The notes under the pieces were generated by a model, which was given only the letters and a program-made list of their open reading frames with translations, searched no databases and was not told where the DNA came from. This document shows, one piece after another, positions 40,494 through 49,800 of a DNA stretch of 64,000 nt. The translations under genes and the position numbers were made by a program. This DNA is from Candidatus Iainarchaeum sp. (GTDB taxonomy: Archaea; Iainarchaeota; Iainarchaeia; Iainarchaeales; JAZDFD01): assembly GCA_043808155.1 (NCBI GenBank), contig JAZDFD010000012.1, positions 1-64,000 of the forward strand, written 5' to 3'. How positions within the stretch are numbered: the first letter of the stretch is position 1; each line of letters begins with the position of its first letter.

Positions 40494-40625
40494 TTATTTA
40501 CGTTTTGCTTTCAGAAGCCCCAGTATGATTTGCTCGTAGGTTTCGCCCTTTTTTCCCAATTCTTTGAGTTTATCCCTCGTTTGAGGGCTCATCTGTATGG
40601 TTGTAACACCTTTTGTGTATGGCAT
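40494..40625 (-). CDS. Small ribbon-helix-helix / antitoxin-like protein (absent from the ORF track)
   Basis: MPYTKGVTTIQMSPQTRDKLKELGKKGETYEQIILGLL; resembles the ORF at 59183. Confidence 0.7.
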   Translation of the reverse strand: MPYTKGVTTIQMSPQTRDKLKELGKKGETYEQIILGLLKAKRK

Positions 40626-40758
40626 AGTGCTATATAAGGGCTGTAGGTGTATATATTTGTTTCGTTTTTATTGGTTCAAACTTAATCTACGCCTTTTCTT
40701 TGTGCCAAGCTTCACCTGCAAAAACTATATATAGCTCTTTTGCGTTTGATTATAGTGG

Positions 40759-41502
40759 ATGACTCACCCTATTTTGGAGAAAAAAATCAAGTTCGCGTTG
40801 AATGATTTAGTGAAGAAAAGGCACACGTTTTCTTTGGATGAAGTAAATGAGTATCTTGAACCCGAAAACAGAATGGATTTTAAGGATATTTTTGAAATAG
40901 CTCATCCTATTCTGCAGAAAATGAATGTTTCATGGCATGGTGCAGCAACCCCTCCATGCATAATGATTTCTGCTGATGAATCCTTCATTGCCAAGGTCCA
41001 TGTTGTTCAACAGCATTTCCCTGATTTTATGGGCGAGGGGGAGTGGAGCGCAATTGTTGAATTGTTTAAGGAAAAAGGTGACGTCAAATGGGCTAAGATT
41101 TTAGGCGGCTTGCTTGCCGAGTATATGAAAAGAAATCCTGAGTTAAAAAAGGTTGATTTTATTTCCCCAGTTCCTTGCGATAGGGGAACCATAGAGAGTT
41201 TAGGCTATGATCCCAACATGCTGCTTGCCGCTGAAATTATTAAAGAAACAAACATTCCTGCAATAAAAGTTTTTTCAAAGACACAAAAAACTAATTTTTG
41301 CAAAATGAAGTCGTTGAACGAAAAAGAAGAATTGGTTAAAAATACTTTTATTTTGATTAATGAGGATTTGATTAGAGAAAAACATGTTTTGCTGCTGGAT
41401 GACATTATGAATTCCGGGGCAACAATAAAACAGTTAACTGGAATGCTTGAAAGAGCCGAAGCAAAAAAAACAGACGTGCTTGTATTAAGCCAAAACCGCT
41501 AA
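40759..41502 (+). CDS. ComF-family phosphoribosyltransferase-like protein
   Basis: PVP...GY..., VLLLDDIMNSGAT PRPP-binding loop. Confidence 0.8.
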   Translation: MTHPILEKKIKFALNDLVKKRHTFSLDEVNEYLEPENRMDFKDIFEIAHPILQKMNVSWHGAATPPCIMISADESFIAKVHVVQQHFPDFMGEGEWSAIVELFKEKGDVKWAKILGGLLAEYMKRNPELKKVDFISPVPCDRGTIESLGYDPNMLLAAEIIKETNIPAIKVFSKTQKTNFCKMKSLNEKEELVKNTFILINEDLIREKHVLLLDDIMNSGATIKQLTGMLERAEAKKTDVLVLSQNR

Positions 41503-41511
41503 ATCTTTTAA

Positions 41512-41877
41512 CTAAGTTTTTTTCAAGTATTCTTCCAAAATTTTTACTCTGCTACTTTTTGGTAATTTTTCTTTTTTTGAATAAAGCAGTTCAGCTTTTT
41601 TAAAGGGTTTTATTTCTTTTAACTCGTTTTGAATTTGAATTGCTGTTTCTTCCAGGGCATTGATTCTTGAATAAATGTTTTCTTGCTGGTTTTTTAACCC
41701 GTTGATTTCTGCCAAAAAATCATTGTTTTGTAAACTGCCTGTTTTTTGGTTTTTTAAAAGAGTTGTTTCAAAACCAGCGTTTGCCTTTTTATTCTTTTTT
41801 TCGGCAAACCAGAGCACAGCGTTTGCTGAGCCAAACAAGCCAATTAAAACTAACAAAAAAATGGTTATTGCAGACAT
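41512..41877 (-). CDS. Membrane-anchored coiled-coil protein
   Basis: N-terminal transmembrane segment followed by a coiled coil. Confidence 0.6.
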   Translation of the reverse strand: MSAITIFLLVLIGLFGSANAVLWFAEKKNKKANAGFETTLLKNQKTGSLQNNDFLAEINGLKNQQENIYSRINALEETAIQIQNELKEIKPFKKAELLYSKKEKLPKSSRVKILEEYLKKT

Positions 41878-42065
41878 AGTACCCCCCCTCCCGCAATATA
41901 ATTAAAAGAGGCGAATCCTTTAAATAGCTTATTAATTTGTTAAGGTTAATGCATTATTTTTTTACTTTTTGCTCTTTCCATAATAGAATTCGGCAATGTA
42001 TCTGTCCATTTGCTGCGCAAAAGCCTTAAACTTTTCCTGTAATCCCTTAACTGAACTCAATCCAC

Positions 42066-42836
42066 TCACCTGCGCCTTGCCAAAAACGTGTTAAATCTAT
42101 CCATAATGGATGTCTTTTCCTCGTATTTTTTCCCAATTAATGTAGCGGCAATTTGTTTAAACGCATAAGCAGCCGGAGAAAAAGGGTAAAGCGTTACAAC
42201 AGGCTGCCCAAAAGAAACAGAGCTCGCCACCAACGAGTCTTCAGGCACTTTCCCCAAAATTTTAATATTTCCCATGATCAAAACAATTTCCTCATCAGTT
42301 AGCTCGTGCTTGAATCTTCCGCTCCTGTTAATTATTACTCCCGCGATTTCTACTCCAAGATCTTGGGCAATCTGAATAGTTTTGCTCGCATCAGCCAACG
42401 AGGGCAATTCAGGGTTCAGGACAATAATCGCATTTTCACTTGCCTTAAGAGCATTAATTACTTCAACCCCCAAGCCGGGAGCGCAGTCAATTAAAGTCAA
42501 ATCGTTGTTTGCTTCAATTTTTTTAATCAGTTTCTTAAATTTTTTTGGTTCAAATCCCTGAAGGCTTTCAACGCCGAATGCAGCCGGAATCACTCTGACG
42601 CGTGGTTTCAATAAATAGGTTGCTTTCTCTATTCCGGCTTCTCCTCTAATTACGTCATTCAATGTTTTCACTTCTACCGGAATCTTTAAATGCAGTGCAA
42701 TATTGGGCGTGGGCAAATTAGCATCAACAATAGTTATATCCTTTCCAAACATCCCTAATGCCACACCTAAATTGATTGTTGTGCAGGTTTTTCCAACACC
42801 GCCTTTTCCACTGCAGATTAAAAAACTTTTATTCAT
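42066..42836 (-). CDS. minD: MinD/ParA-family ATPase
   Basis: SGKGGVGKT deviant Walker A, VDAN, IDCAPG, C-terminal amphipathic IMDRFNTFLARRR. Confidence 0.85.
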   Translation of the reverse strand: MNKSFLICSGKGGVGKTCTTINLGVALGMFGKDITIVDANLPTPNIALHLKIPVEVKTLNDVIRGEAGIEKATYLLKPRVRVIPAAFGVESLQGFEPKKFKKLIKKIEANNDLTLIDCAPGLGVEVINALKASENAIIVLNPELPSLADASKTIQIAQDLGVEIAGVIINRSGRFKHELTDEEIVLIMGNIKILGKVPEDSLVASSVSFGQPVVTLYPFSPAAYAFKQIAATLIGKKYEEKTSIMDRFNTFLARRR

Positions 42837-43460
42837 TCAAAATCTCCTAAGCTTTTTCAATTTTTCTTCTAATTCCTTAAATCTCTTTGCACTCCAATTA
42901 AATTCTTCTTCCTCTTTTGTTTTGGGGATTGAAATTTCAGTGTAATGCCCGATAATAGTAGCTGTTTCAACAGGCTTTTTTTCTTTCTCAACTTTTTCAA
43001 TTTTTGGTTTTTCTTCCGGCAAAGATTCTTTTAAAATAGCGGCAACTAATTCTTTTTCTTTTTCAACAGGCTTAACAGCTTTCGTCTTAACCTTTGGCTT
43101 TAATTTTATTCTCTGGTTTTTAATTTTTTTCTTTTTTTCTCTTTTAACTTCTTTTTTTAATTCTGCTGCGACAGCTTTAACTTTTTCCTCAACAGCTTTA
43201 ACTGGTTTTTCTATTTTCTCTTCAACCTTTTCAGTAACAGCAGCTATTTCTGGAATTTTTACATCAAATTTGGCTGCTCTTCTGTTCCATTTTGCTGTAC
43301 GTTTTTCTGCCCAAGTATCCGTCCTTGCCTTTCTTCTGGCATGCCTAAAAGCATGTTTTTCTGCCCAAGTATCCGTCCTTGCCTTTCTTCTGGCATCCCT
43401 TGCAGCATCATTTCTCTCAATTTTCGCATGATGCAAATCAATTTTTCTCTCCAAATCCAT
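42837..43460 (-). CDS. Basic low-complexity protein with an 18-aa repeat
   Basis: ARRKARTDTWAEK twice (42-bp exact repeat at 43301 and 43355); Lys/Glu-rich; C-terminal coiled coil; abuts minD. Confidence 0.65.
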   Translation of the reverse strand: MDLERKIDLHHAKIERNDAARDARRKARTDTWAEKHAFRHARRKARTDTWAEKRTAKWNRRAAKFDVKIPEIAAVTEKVEEKIEKPVKAVEEKVKAVAAELKKEVKREKKKKIKNQRIKLKPKVKTKAVKPVEKEKELVAAILKESLPEEKPKIEKVEKEKKPVETATIIGHYTEISIPKTKEEEEFNWSAKRFKELEEKLKKLRRF

Positions 43461-43477
43461 ACATATCACGTGTAAAT

Positions 43478-43627
43478 TTATTCGGCTTCAAGTTTTTTGT
43501 CCCTTTCTTCAAGCCACTTGTCCCACTTTCTCTTCCACTTTGCGCTCTTGCCTGTAAAGCCACTTCTCCTTGCCCATTTAGCATTCCATCTGGCTTCCCT
43601 TCGAGAGGCTTTTTCCCCCAATTCCAT
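43478..43627 (-). CDS. 49-aa Trp/Arg-rich small protein (absent from the ORF track)
   Basis: MELGEKASRREARWNAKWARR...; GGTGG RBS; resembles the N-terminus of the next ORF. Confidence 0.55.
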   Translation of the reverse strand: MELGEKASRREARWNAKWARRSGFTGKSAKWKRKWDKWLEERDKKLEAE

Positions 43628-43650
43628 TTTAAATCCACCAAATAAAAATT

Positions 43651-43938
43651 TTATTTTGTTTCTTCCTCACTTATTTCTGACGGGCCAGTATCGCATTTTC
43701 TCCTTACTGAAACCCGACTGTAACCCAAAAGATTATTGCTTGCATCAAAGGTCAACTTGTATTGGCCAATGAGGTTCTGTGTGTCAGGTATTGCTTCCCT
43801 TTCAAGCACTTCAACCAATGCAACTGATTTGTTGCCTTCTTTTGTTACGCTGATTACGCTTAACGGCTTTTTATCTATCAGCTCTTTAACGTTTTCCTTA
43901 GCCAGCTTAACGATTTCATTGAATTCATTTTTTGCCAT
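43651..43938 (-). CDS. gvpO: Gas vesicle protein GvpO
   Basis: VEVLERE.IPDTQ.LIG.Y....D...L.GY.R. Confidence 0.88.
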   Translation of the reverse strand: MAKNEFNEIVKLAKENVKELIDKKPLSVISVTKEGNKSVALVEVLEREAIPDTQNLIGQYKLTFDASNNLLGYSRVSVRRKCDTGPSEISEEETK

Positions 43939-43956
43939 TTCTCATACCTCCTAACT

Positions 43957-44322
43957 TCAGGGGACATAAATGTAATGATCTCCCTTTTCCTTAACAACTT
44001 TTACTTTTTTATTTTTCCATTTACGAATGTTATCAACTAAATTGTACTCCTCCGGAGAATCTGTTAATTTGTAGTAAGTTAAAAATTTCGCAAGCTTCTC
44101 CCTTCTTAACTTGGCAATGTGATTCGGGGTTTGCAATGAAAAAGTTCCGTCTGCTTTCAGGCAGGTGAAAAAAGTTTCCTTTACATTTTCACCGCCTTTT
44201 ATTTTTGCTGTAACAACAATTGCATCAGTGTCATTGAATGTAAGGCATTTGGGCTTGCGTTTCCATAAATCAAATACTTTGTAAATCTTTGCATCTTGAA
44301 TCACTGCATTTTTTTCTTCCAA
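43957..44322 (-). CDS. Hypothetical protein inside the gvp operon
   Basis: Tightly packed between gvpN and gvpO. Confidence 0.6.
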   Translation of the reverse strand: MEEKNAVIQDAKIYKVFDLWKRKPKCLTFNDTDAIVVTAKIKGGENVKETFFTCLKADGTFSLQTPNHIAKLRREKLAKFLTYYKLTDSPEEYNLVDNIRKWKNKKVKVVKEKGDHYIYVP

Positions 44323-44328
44323 ATTAAT

Positions 44329-45393
44329 TCACCATTTGTGCAAGTTTAATTTATCGATTGCGGTTTTAATTAATGCCCCTTTCTGCTCCAAGTCCACTGA
44401 ATCCTTTGTCTTTGAAGCAATTGCATCAAAGCATAATTGCTCAAACAAATCCGTGCTCATGCCGTTTGTTACTCTAATTGCATGGGCAAGCATTATCGCT
44501 GGTCTTGTTCCTGGGGCTTCGGTTCCCTTCAGAGTTTCCCTCAAGTGCCTGACTACTCCAACTATTTTTTTAGCATCTGCGTCAGCAATTTTGGCGTGGG
44601 CCTTAACTATTGCAACTTCAGTTGCCTCGTCATAGTAGTCCATGTAAATTGCGCAAATTCTGTCCAGCAAAGCATCTTGCGGCTGGTGTACGCCGGCATA
44701 CTCAGTATTGTTTGAGGTTAAAATCAGATTGAAATCAGGGTGCACTTTTATGTAGCGATCTTCACCAAACTTTGTTGGCAGTTCAAGAATTCCTTCTTCT
44801 AAAATCGAAAGCAAAATGTTATTTGCCTCCGGCTTTGACCTGCTGAACTCATTATAAATCAGGGTATAGCCTTTCTGGCAGGCTAATGCCAAAGGGTTGT
44901 TAACCCACTGCGGCTCAATAATGTCCTCACTTTTGTAAACATTGTGAATGTACTTATCCCTCAGGCTTTTCATTTCAATTCTTGAGTAGCCGCCAATTAA
45001 CTCATGAGTTGTAAGCTGTTCATCCCCGTTAATCCAAACTGCGGGCTTTCCCAGCTTTTCAGCAATGTGAATTGCCAAAGCAGTTTTTCCACAGCCTGTT
45101 GGACCAATAATATGCACGGGATAGCCGGCCTTAATCCACAAAAGAGCCCTGTCCTCATATTTTTTAACTGCATCTGTTAAAACAAAATTTTTCGATTCTG
45201 GGGTTAAAAACTTTGCTTCAACAATCTGGGTTTCCTCCAGCTTGTAAGTTTTCTCAATATCTCTTTCCCTTACTGCTGATTTTTTTCTTTCAACAGTCTG
45301 CTGTTTTTTTCTTTCCTCCTGCGTATGATGAACTGATTTCCCTCTAGTAGTTCTCGGATGTGTTTCTACATATGTCATTTCTTTAACCCCCAT
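44329..45393 (-). CDS. gvpN: Gas vesicle AAA+ ATPase GvpN
   Basis: GYPVH..GPTGCGKT, YNEFSRSKPEANN.LL, EYAGVH..QDALLDR. Confidence 0.95.
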   Translation of the reverse strand: MGVKEMTYVETHPRTTRGKSVHHTQEERKKQQTVERKKSAVRERDIEKTYKLEETQIVEAKFLTPESKNFVLTDAVKKYEDRALLWIKAGYPVHIIGPTGCGKTALAIHIAEKLGKPAVWINGDEQLTTHELIGGYSRIEMKSLRDKYIHNVYKSEDIIEPQWVNNPLALACQKGYTLIYNEFSRSKPEANNILLSILEEGILELPTKFGEDRYIKVHPDFNLILTSNNTEYAGVHQPQDALLDRICAIYMDYYDEATEVAIVKAHAKIADADAKKIVGVVRHLRETLKGTEAPGTRPAIMLAHAIRVTNGMSTDLFEQLCFDAIASKTKDSVDLEQKGALIKTAIDKLNLHKW

Positions 45394-45579
45394 TGTAAAT
45401 TTTTATCATTAAGTTTTCCCAACTGCTAAATATTATATGTATCGCTAATTTAAACATAACGGAAACAAAAAAAATTATCGGAAAGTTAAGCCAGCAGAAA
45501 AACCTAAATATGTGTCCCATATGTCCCAACACCCAAAAATAAAAAAAGAGAAAAGCCAAGCAAAGAGAGACACTAGTTG

Positions 45580-45951
45580 TTACTCTTTAACATGGCCGTG
45601 GTAGAACCGATCAATGAATTTCTCTGTGTCCTTTTCTAAAGCCCTTATGCTGGCATGCATTATGTTAACGCCTTTCTCTATTTCTCTAGTTTTTTCTCTT
45701 ATGCCAGCTTTTACTGCATCGATACCTTTTTCAATTTCCTTTACGGCTGCTGTGTTTTCTCGCTCCTGTGCTCTAATGCCAGCAACTACTTCCGAAGTGC
45801 CTTTCTCCATTGCCTTTACTGCTGCTTCATTTTCTCTTGCTTGCCTTTCAAATGATTCCAGATGTTTTTTTACACAAGTTACTTTCTCTTTTTCCCTATG
45901 TTTTACTCTGTGCTTTACCTTATGTCTGGTTTTAAGTTTCTTTCTAGCCAT
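45580..45951 (-). CDS. GvpC-like helical repeat protein
   Basis: Lies between gvpA and gvpN; about 25-aa repeats Q.REN.AAVK..EKG...V.AGIR. Confidence 0.6.
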   Translation of the reverse strand: MARKKLKTRHKVKHRVKHREKEKVTCVKKHLESFERQARENEAAVKAMEKGTSEVVAGIRAQERENTAAVKEIEKGIDAVKAGIREKTREIEKGVNIMHASIRALEKDTEKFIDRFYHGHVKE

Positions 45952-45993
45952 ACATGAACTCCTCCTTTTTTAGGTATTGGAAAAGCATTAGGC

Positions 45994-46215
45994 TTACTTT
46001 GCCGGCGCTGCTATCGCTGCTTGCTCTACCTTTGTAATCTCTTCAGCGTAGTGCAGGAACGTATCAACACTTGCTACTACAACACGAGCTTCAATAGTTA
46101 AAATTTCAATTCCAACCAATGAAATTCTTGCCCATATGTCTACCACAATTCCTTTGTCTAAAATTCTGTCCAAAACTTCTGCTAAGCTTGAAACATCAGG
46201 TCCTTGATTTACCAT
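45994..46215 (-). CDS. gvpA: Major gas vesicle shell protein GvpA
   Basis: [51 protein letters not shown]; start MVNQ after a GGAGGTG RBS. Confidence 0.97.
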   Translation of the reverse strand: MVNQGPDVSSLAEVLDRILDKGIVVDIWARISLVGIEILTIEARVVVASVDTFLHYAEEITKVEQAAIAAPAK

Positions 46216-46304
46216 AGCTTTTACACCTCCATTTTTATTGTAAAAACTTACATTAGAAATATGTAATAGGTTGCTTATATGCTGATTTAACAAATCGCGA
46301 CATG

Positions 46305-46319
46305 TGTCGGAATTCGACA
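46305..46319. promoter_or_regulatory. Palindromic operator candidate upstream of gvpA
   Basis: TGTCG-GAATT-CGACA; the same motif recurs at 48090 and 48120. Confidence 0.6.
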
Positions 46320-46518
46320 TTTGGTTAAATGCCTCAAAATATTTTTACTTGCTCGCCAGGTCTTTTCTTTTAACATACGTCAAGACCTTTTCGTCATCTC
46401 GCTTGGGGCAACTGGCTCTGAGCCAAAAACACTCTCTGCTGAAAAAAATAAAAACTTTTTCTAATCATATCAATTATTAAATATTTTTGTTGCAAATTTT
46501 ACATATTGAGATAAATGC

Positions 46519-47670
46519 GTGAATGAAATGGCAAAAAGTTCAATTGTTAAATTAAAGCGCCGAAATAAAGGCATCGAAGCAGATGAATTTATTAGATTTT
46601 CCAAAAAAATTCCCTTCACACAAAAGGAGCGAATTGTTTTTTATGGCTTAGTTAAATTTCCTGACTTAAACGACCAAAAATTGTCCAAAAAATTGAAAAT
46701 TAAGAGGCCGACTGTTACAGCAATCAGAAATAAGTTGAAGAGGCAAAATTTTTATTTTCCTCGCGTTATCCCAAATTTTAAATTGCTGGACTATGAGTTA
46801 ATGACATTTATTTGGGGTAATTCAAGCTACTCTGTATCATTGGAAGAAAAAAGAAAAATTTCTGCAATTAAAAACGCTATGCAATCGCCTGAAGTAGTTT
46901 TTCAAATTATAACAGATAATGAATTTTTTTCTTTACTAATTTTTAAAAACTTTACAGAATTTAAAAAAATGGAGGATGGATTTGCACACATGTATAAAAA
47001 ATATTCTTCCAGGGAACGCAATGTTAACATTGCCCATTTTCCACTTGAAACAAGCGAAATACTTTCTTTATTTGATTATTCCTTATGTTTAAAAGATTTG
47101 TTAAAATTAAAGCCTGAAGACAAAAAGACTGCAACAAAACCAAAAACATCAAAAGCAGTGCCATTAATGGAACTGAAGGAAAGAGAAAAGGCTGTTTTAG
47201 GCGTTCTAATCAAATACCCTGGATTAAATGATGCGGAGATTGCAGAGAAAGTTAGCATCACAAGGCAAACTGCTTCAAAAATTAAAGCAGGGTTAATAAA
47301 AGAAGGGGCAATTAAACTAATTAATGAGCCGAATTTTAAAAAAATTGGCTGTGAGTTATTTGTTGCCACGCATACTAGATTTAATCCCCAAGTTGAACCA
47401 AATAAAAGAAAGTTGTTGCTGGAAAAGCCAAAAAGCAAATGCCCCACAATAATTGACGTGGAAAGCTGTACAGAAGAAATGTGTGGCGGCTTTTTCGAAG
47501 ATTACCTAAGCTTTAAAATGACTCAAGACGATTTGGAAAAAGTTTATAGGCAAAAGGATTTGTTGTTAAGAGAACCAGTAACCCAAATAATTCCAATGCA
47601 ACAAATAAAATTTTACAAAATAGATTTTGTTCCAATTACTGAAAAAGCCTTGAATATAAAAATACCATAA
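46519..47670 (+). CDS. Tandem winged-HTH (Lrp/AsnC-like) regulator
   Basis: Two similar halves: L.K.P.LND..L...L.I.R.T...I...L. Confidence 0.75.
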   Translation: MNEMAKSSIVKLKRRNKGIEADEFIRFSKKIPFTQKERIVFYGLVKFPDLNDQKLSKKLKIKRPTVTAIRNKLKRQNFYFPRVIPNFKLLDYELMTFIWGNSSYSVSLEEKRKISAIKNAMQSPEVVFQIITDNEFFSLLIFKNFTEFKKMEDGFAHMYKKYSSRERNVNIAHFPLETSEILSLFDYSLCLKDLLKLKPEDKKTATKPKTSKAVPLMELKEREKAVLGVLIKYPGLNDAEIAEKVSITRQTASKIKAGLIKEGAIKLINEPNFKKIGCELFVATHTRFNPQVEPNKRKLLLEKPKSKCPTIIDVESCTEEMCGGFFEDYLSFKMTQDDLEKVYRQKDLLLREPVTQIIPMQQIKFYKIDFVPITEKALNIKIP

Positions 47671-48089
47671 AAAAGGATTATTTTTTCATTTATTTTGATT
47701 TCTGCCACTCCTTTAACTCCCACCATTTTATCAAACAGTTTCTGACAGCAAAACCTAATTCTTCATCATCAATTTTGTTAATTATTTGAAGCCTCTTTAC
47801 CACCTCTTTTGGAATATTCATTTCCAACTTTTGTTTTGCTAGCTTTTTAGTCATTTTGAAAAACCAATCCCACGGCAATTTATTTGAATTGAAAAAGAAA
47901 CCGACATATCTATAATCTTAACTTTTAGATGTTTTAAAAGCTTAATTAATAACTTTAAGTTTTAAAAAAGAAAAAAAATATAACTTAGTGATATTTTATT
48001 TATCAAATGTTGTGGTTAAAAGTATCCGAATATTAACGTAAAGCATTTAAATTCTAACATTATGATAGTATCGGGTTAATTAATATCCG

Positions 48090-48134
48090 TGTCGGATAAT
48101 GACATAAATTTCAGAAATATGTCGAAGCCCGACA
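48090..48134. promoter_or_regulatory. Two operator-like palindromes upstream of the rightward gvp operon
   Basis: TGTCG-GATAA-TGACA and TGTCG-AAGCC-CGACA, 30 bp apart. Confidence 0.6.
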
Positions 48135-48266
48135 AAAAAGAATAAGTCTCAAAAATTAGGGGTTGGGATATTTGGCTAAATGCATAACTAATAAAGAAAA
48201 AGCAGCGAATTCTTTTTCGGAGAATGGAACATTCAAATCACAGTCTCTTTCGGGGGGGGGCAACGA

Positions 48267-49148
48267 ATGAAAAAACATGAATCCCACACCAAAAAAATCA
48301 AAACTATTTTTTCAGGCATTGGTGGGAAGAAACACATATTGCATTTATACGTTCCAACATTGGATAAGTATGCAATTCAGTCCTCTTTTCTGGGAAATAA
48401 AAAAGAAAAAGCTGCCTATGTCTCAACCGAGCAACCAGAAACTGTGCATGCACAACTTGATTCATCACACAAAAACTTGTCAATAATTTCTCCAAAGGAA
48501 ATGGAAACAATTGAAAACTATAATAAAATAATTATTGATGCAGGCTCAATCAGTTCAAAAACAATTGACACCAGCAAAAAACACAAAAGAAAAATTGGAG
48601 AAGACTTAATAATAAAGGAATGCACAGACCACATCAAAAGGGAAAAATATTTATCAAAGCTTAAAGGTGATAAATCAATTCTCTGCACTTATGATATAAG
48701 CAAATTAACACCAAACAAAATCAGGCAATTAGTTAAGGTCCATGACCAATTGATTTTGACAACAGACGACACAGCTGTGGTTTCATCAAAAACCCTTTCA
48801 CAAGAGCATTTGAACATCAGCAGTGAATTAATCGACGAATTCCTAAAAAATGAATTAGAAACAGTTGTTTTGGCACTAATTGTAGCAAAACCGAGGTGCG
48901 GGACAGAAATCAAAAAAGCAATCCATAAAAAATTTGGAATTCTGCTCAGCTCCGGCACGCTTTATCCCTTACTGCACAAGCTGCAAAAAAACGATTTAGT
49001 GAAATGCGAGTACGGGGTAAAAACAAAAACATACAGACCAGCTAACGGAAAAGATATTCAAATAATTTTGGATGAAAGAATGAAGGCAAAAGATTTCTTA
49101 ACCAGCTTTATTCAAGCAAACATGGGGGGGAATAAAAAATGGCTTTAG
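48267..49148 (+). CDS. MEDS-like sensor domain plus PadR HTH (GvpE-like regulator)
   Basis: N-terminal HILHLY...ILCTYD; C-terminal G.EI...I...FG.LLSSGTLYPLLH.L. Confidence 0.7.
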   Translation: MKKHESHTKKIKTIFSGIGGKKHILHLYVPTLDKYAIQSSFLGNKKEKAAYVSTEQPETVHAQLDSSHKNLSIISPKEMETIENYNKIIIDAGSISSKTIDTSKKHKRKIGEDLIIKECTDHIKREKYLSKLKGDKSILCTYDISKLTPNKIRQLVKVHDQLILTTDDTAVVSSKTLSQEHLNISSELIDEFLKNELETVVLALIVAKPRCGTEIKKAIHKKFGILLSSGTLYPLLHKLQKNDLVKCEYGVKTKTYRPANGKDIQIILDERMKAKDFLTSFIQANMGGNKKWL

Positions 49149-49798
49149 GTGAATATGTTTACTGTGTTATATCTAGCAAAGACACGCCAGAAGAATTTAA
49201 TATTAAAGGGATGGACGGAAATCCCATATATCCCTTAAAATATAAACTTCTTACAGCAATAGCAAGCAAAGCAGTAATGAAAGAATACAAGCCAACAGAC
49301 GAAAACGTTGAAATACACAAAAATGTTGAACTGGAAGTAATGAAACACTGCTCGGTTCTGCCAGTGGCATATGGAATGGTATTCAAAAGCAGGGGCATTG
49401 TATTGGGAACAGTGAAAAAAGTTTATCCATTGCTTTGGAGAAGCCTGAAAAAAGTGGAGAATAAAGTAGAATTGGGAATCAAAGTAATTGTTCCAAAAGA
49501 AAAAAAAGAATTAGAAAAATTATTGAACAAAAAAAGTTTGGATGAATTCAGGAAAGAATGCGAAACAGAATTCATTGAAAATTTGAGTGAAATAGCTGTA
49601 AGTACAAAAAAAGACCGCTTGTTTTCAGATAAGCTGGTTTGCAACCAGTCATTTTTAGTGGAAAAAGATAAAGTTGATACATTCACTGAAAAAGTGGGGG
49701 AATTGAGAAACAAGCACAAGTCATTGAAAATCCAGTACACTGGACCATGGCCGGCGCACAACTTTGTAAACATAAGAATAATGGGTGGAGGCAGATAA
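49139..49798 (+). CDS. gvpF: Gas vesicle protein GvpF (GvpL/F family)
   Basis: YVYCV, H..V, VLP..YG.VF, SFLV, YTGPWPAHNFV. Confidence 0.9.
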   Translation: MALGEYVYCVISSKDTPEEFNIKGMDGNPIYPLKYKLLTAIASKAVMKEYKPTDENVEIHKNVELEVMKHCSVLPVAYGMVFKSRGIVLGTVKKVYPLLWRSLKKVENKVELGIKVIVPKEKKELEKLLNKKSLDEFRKECETEFIENLSEIAVSTKKDRLFSDKLVCNQSFLVEKDKVDTFTEKVGELRNKHKSLKIQYTGPWPAHNFVNIRIMGGGR

Positions 49799-49800
49799 AA

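Noticed and set aside
43438-43641. 67-aa ORF in the track
   Set aside because: An alternative frame (43478-43627) has a better RBS and does not overlap its neighbours.
45994-46320. 108-aa GvpA as given in the ORF track
   Set aside because: The strong RBS and family length point to the start at 46215; the extension covers promoter DNA.
47690-47878. 62-aa ORF inside the gvp regulatory region
   Set aside because: It could be a small RHH-like protein, but there is no clear RBS or motif.
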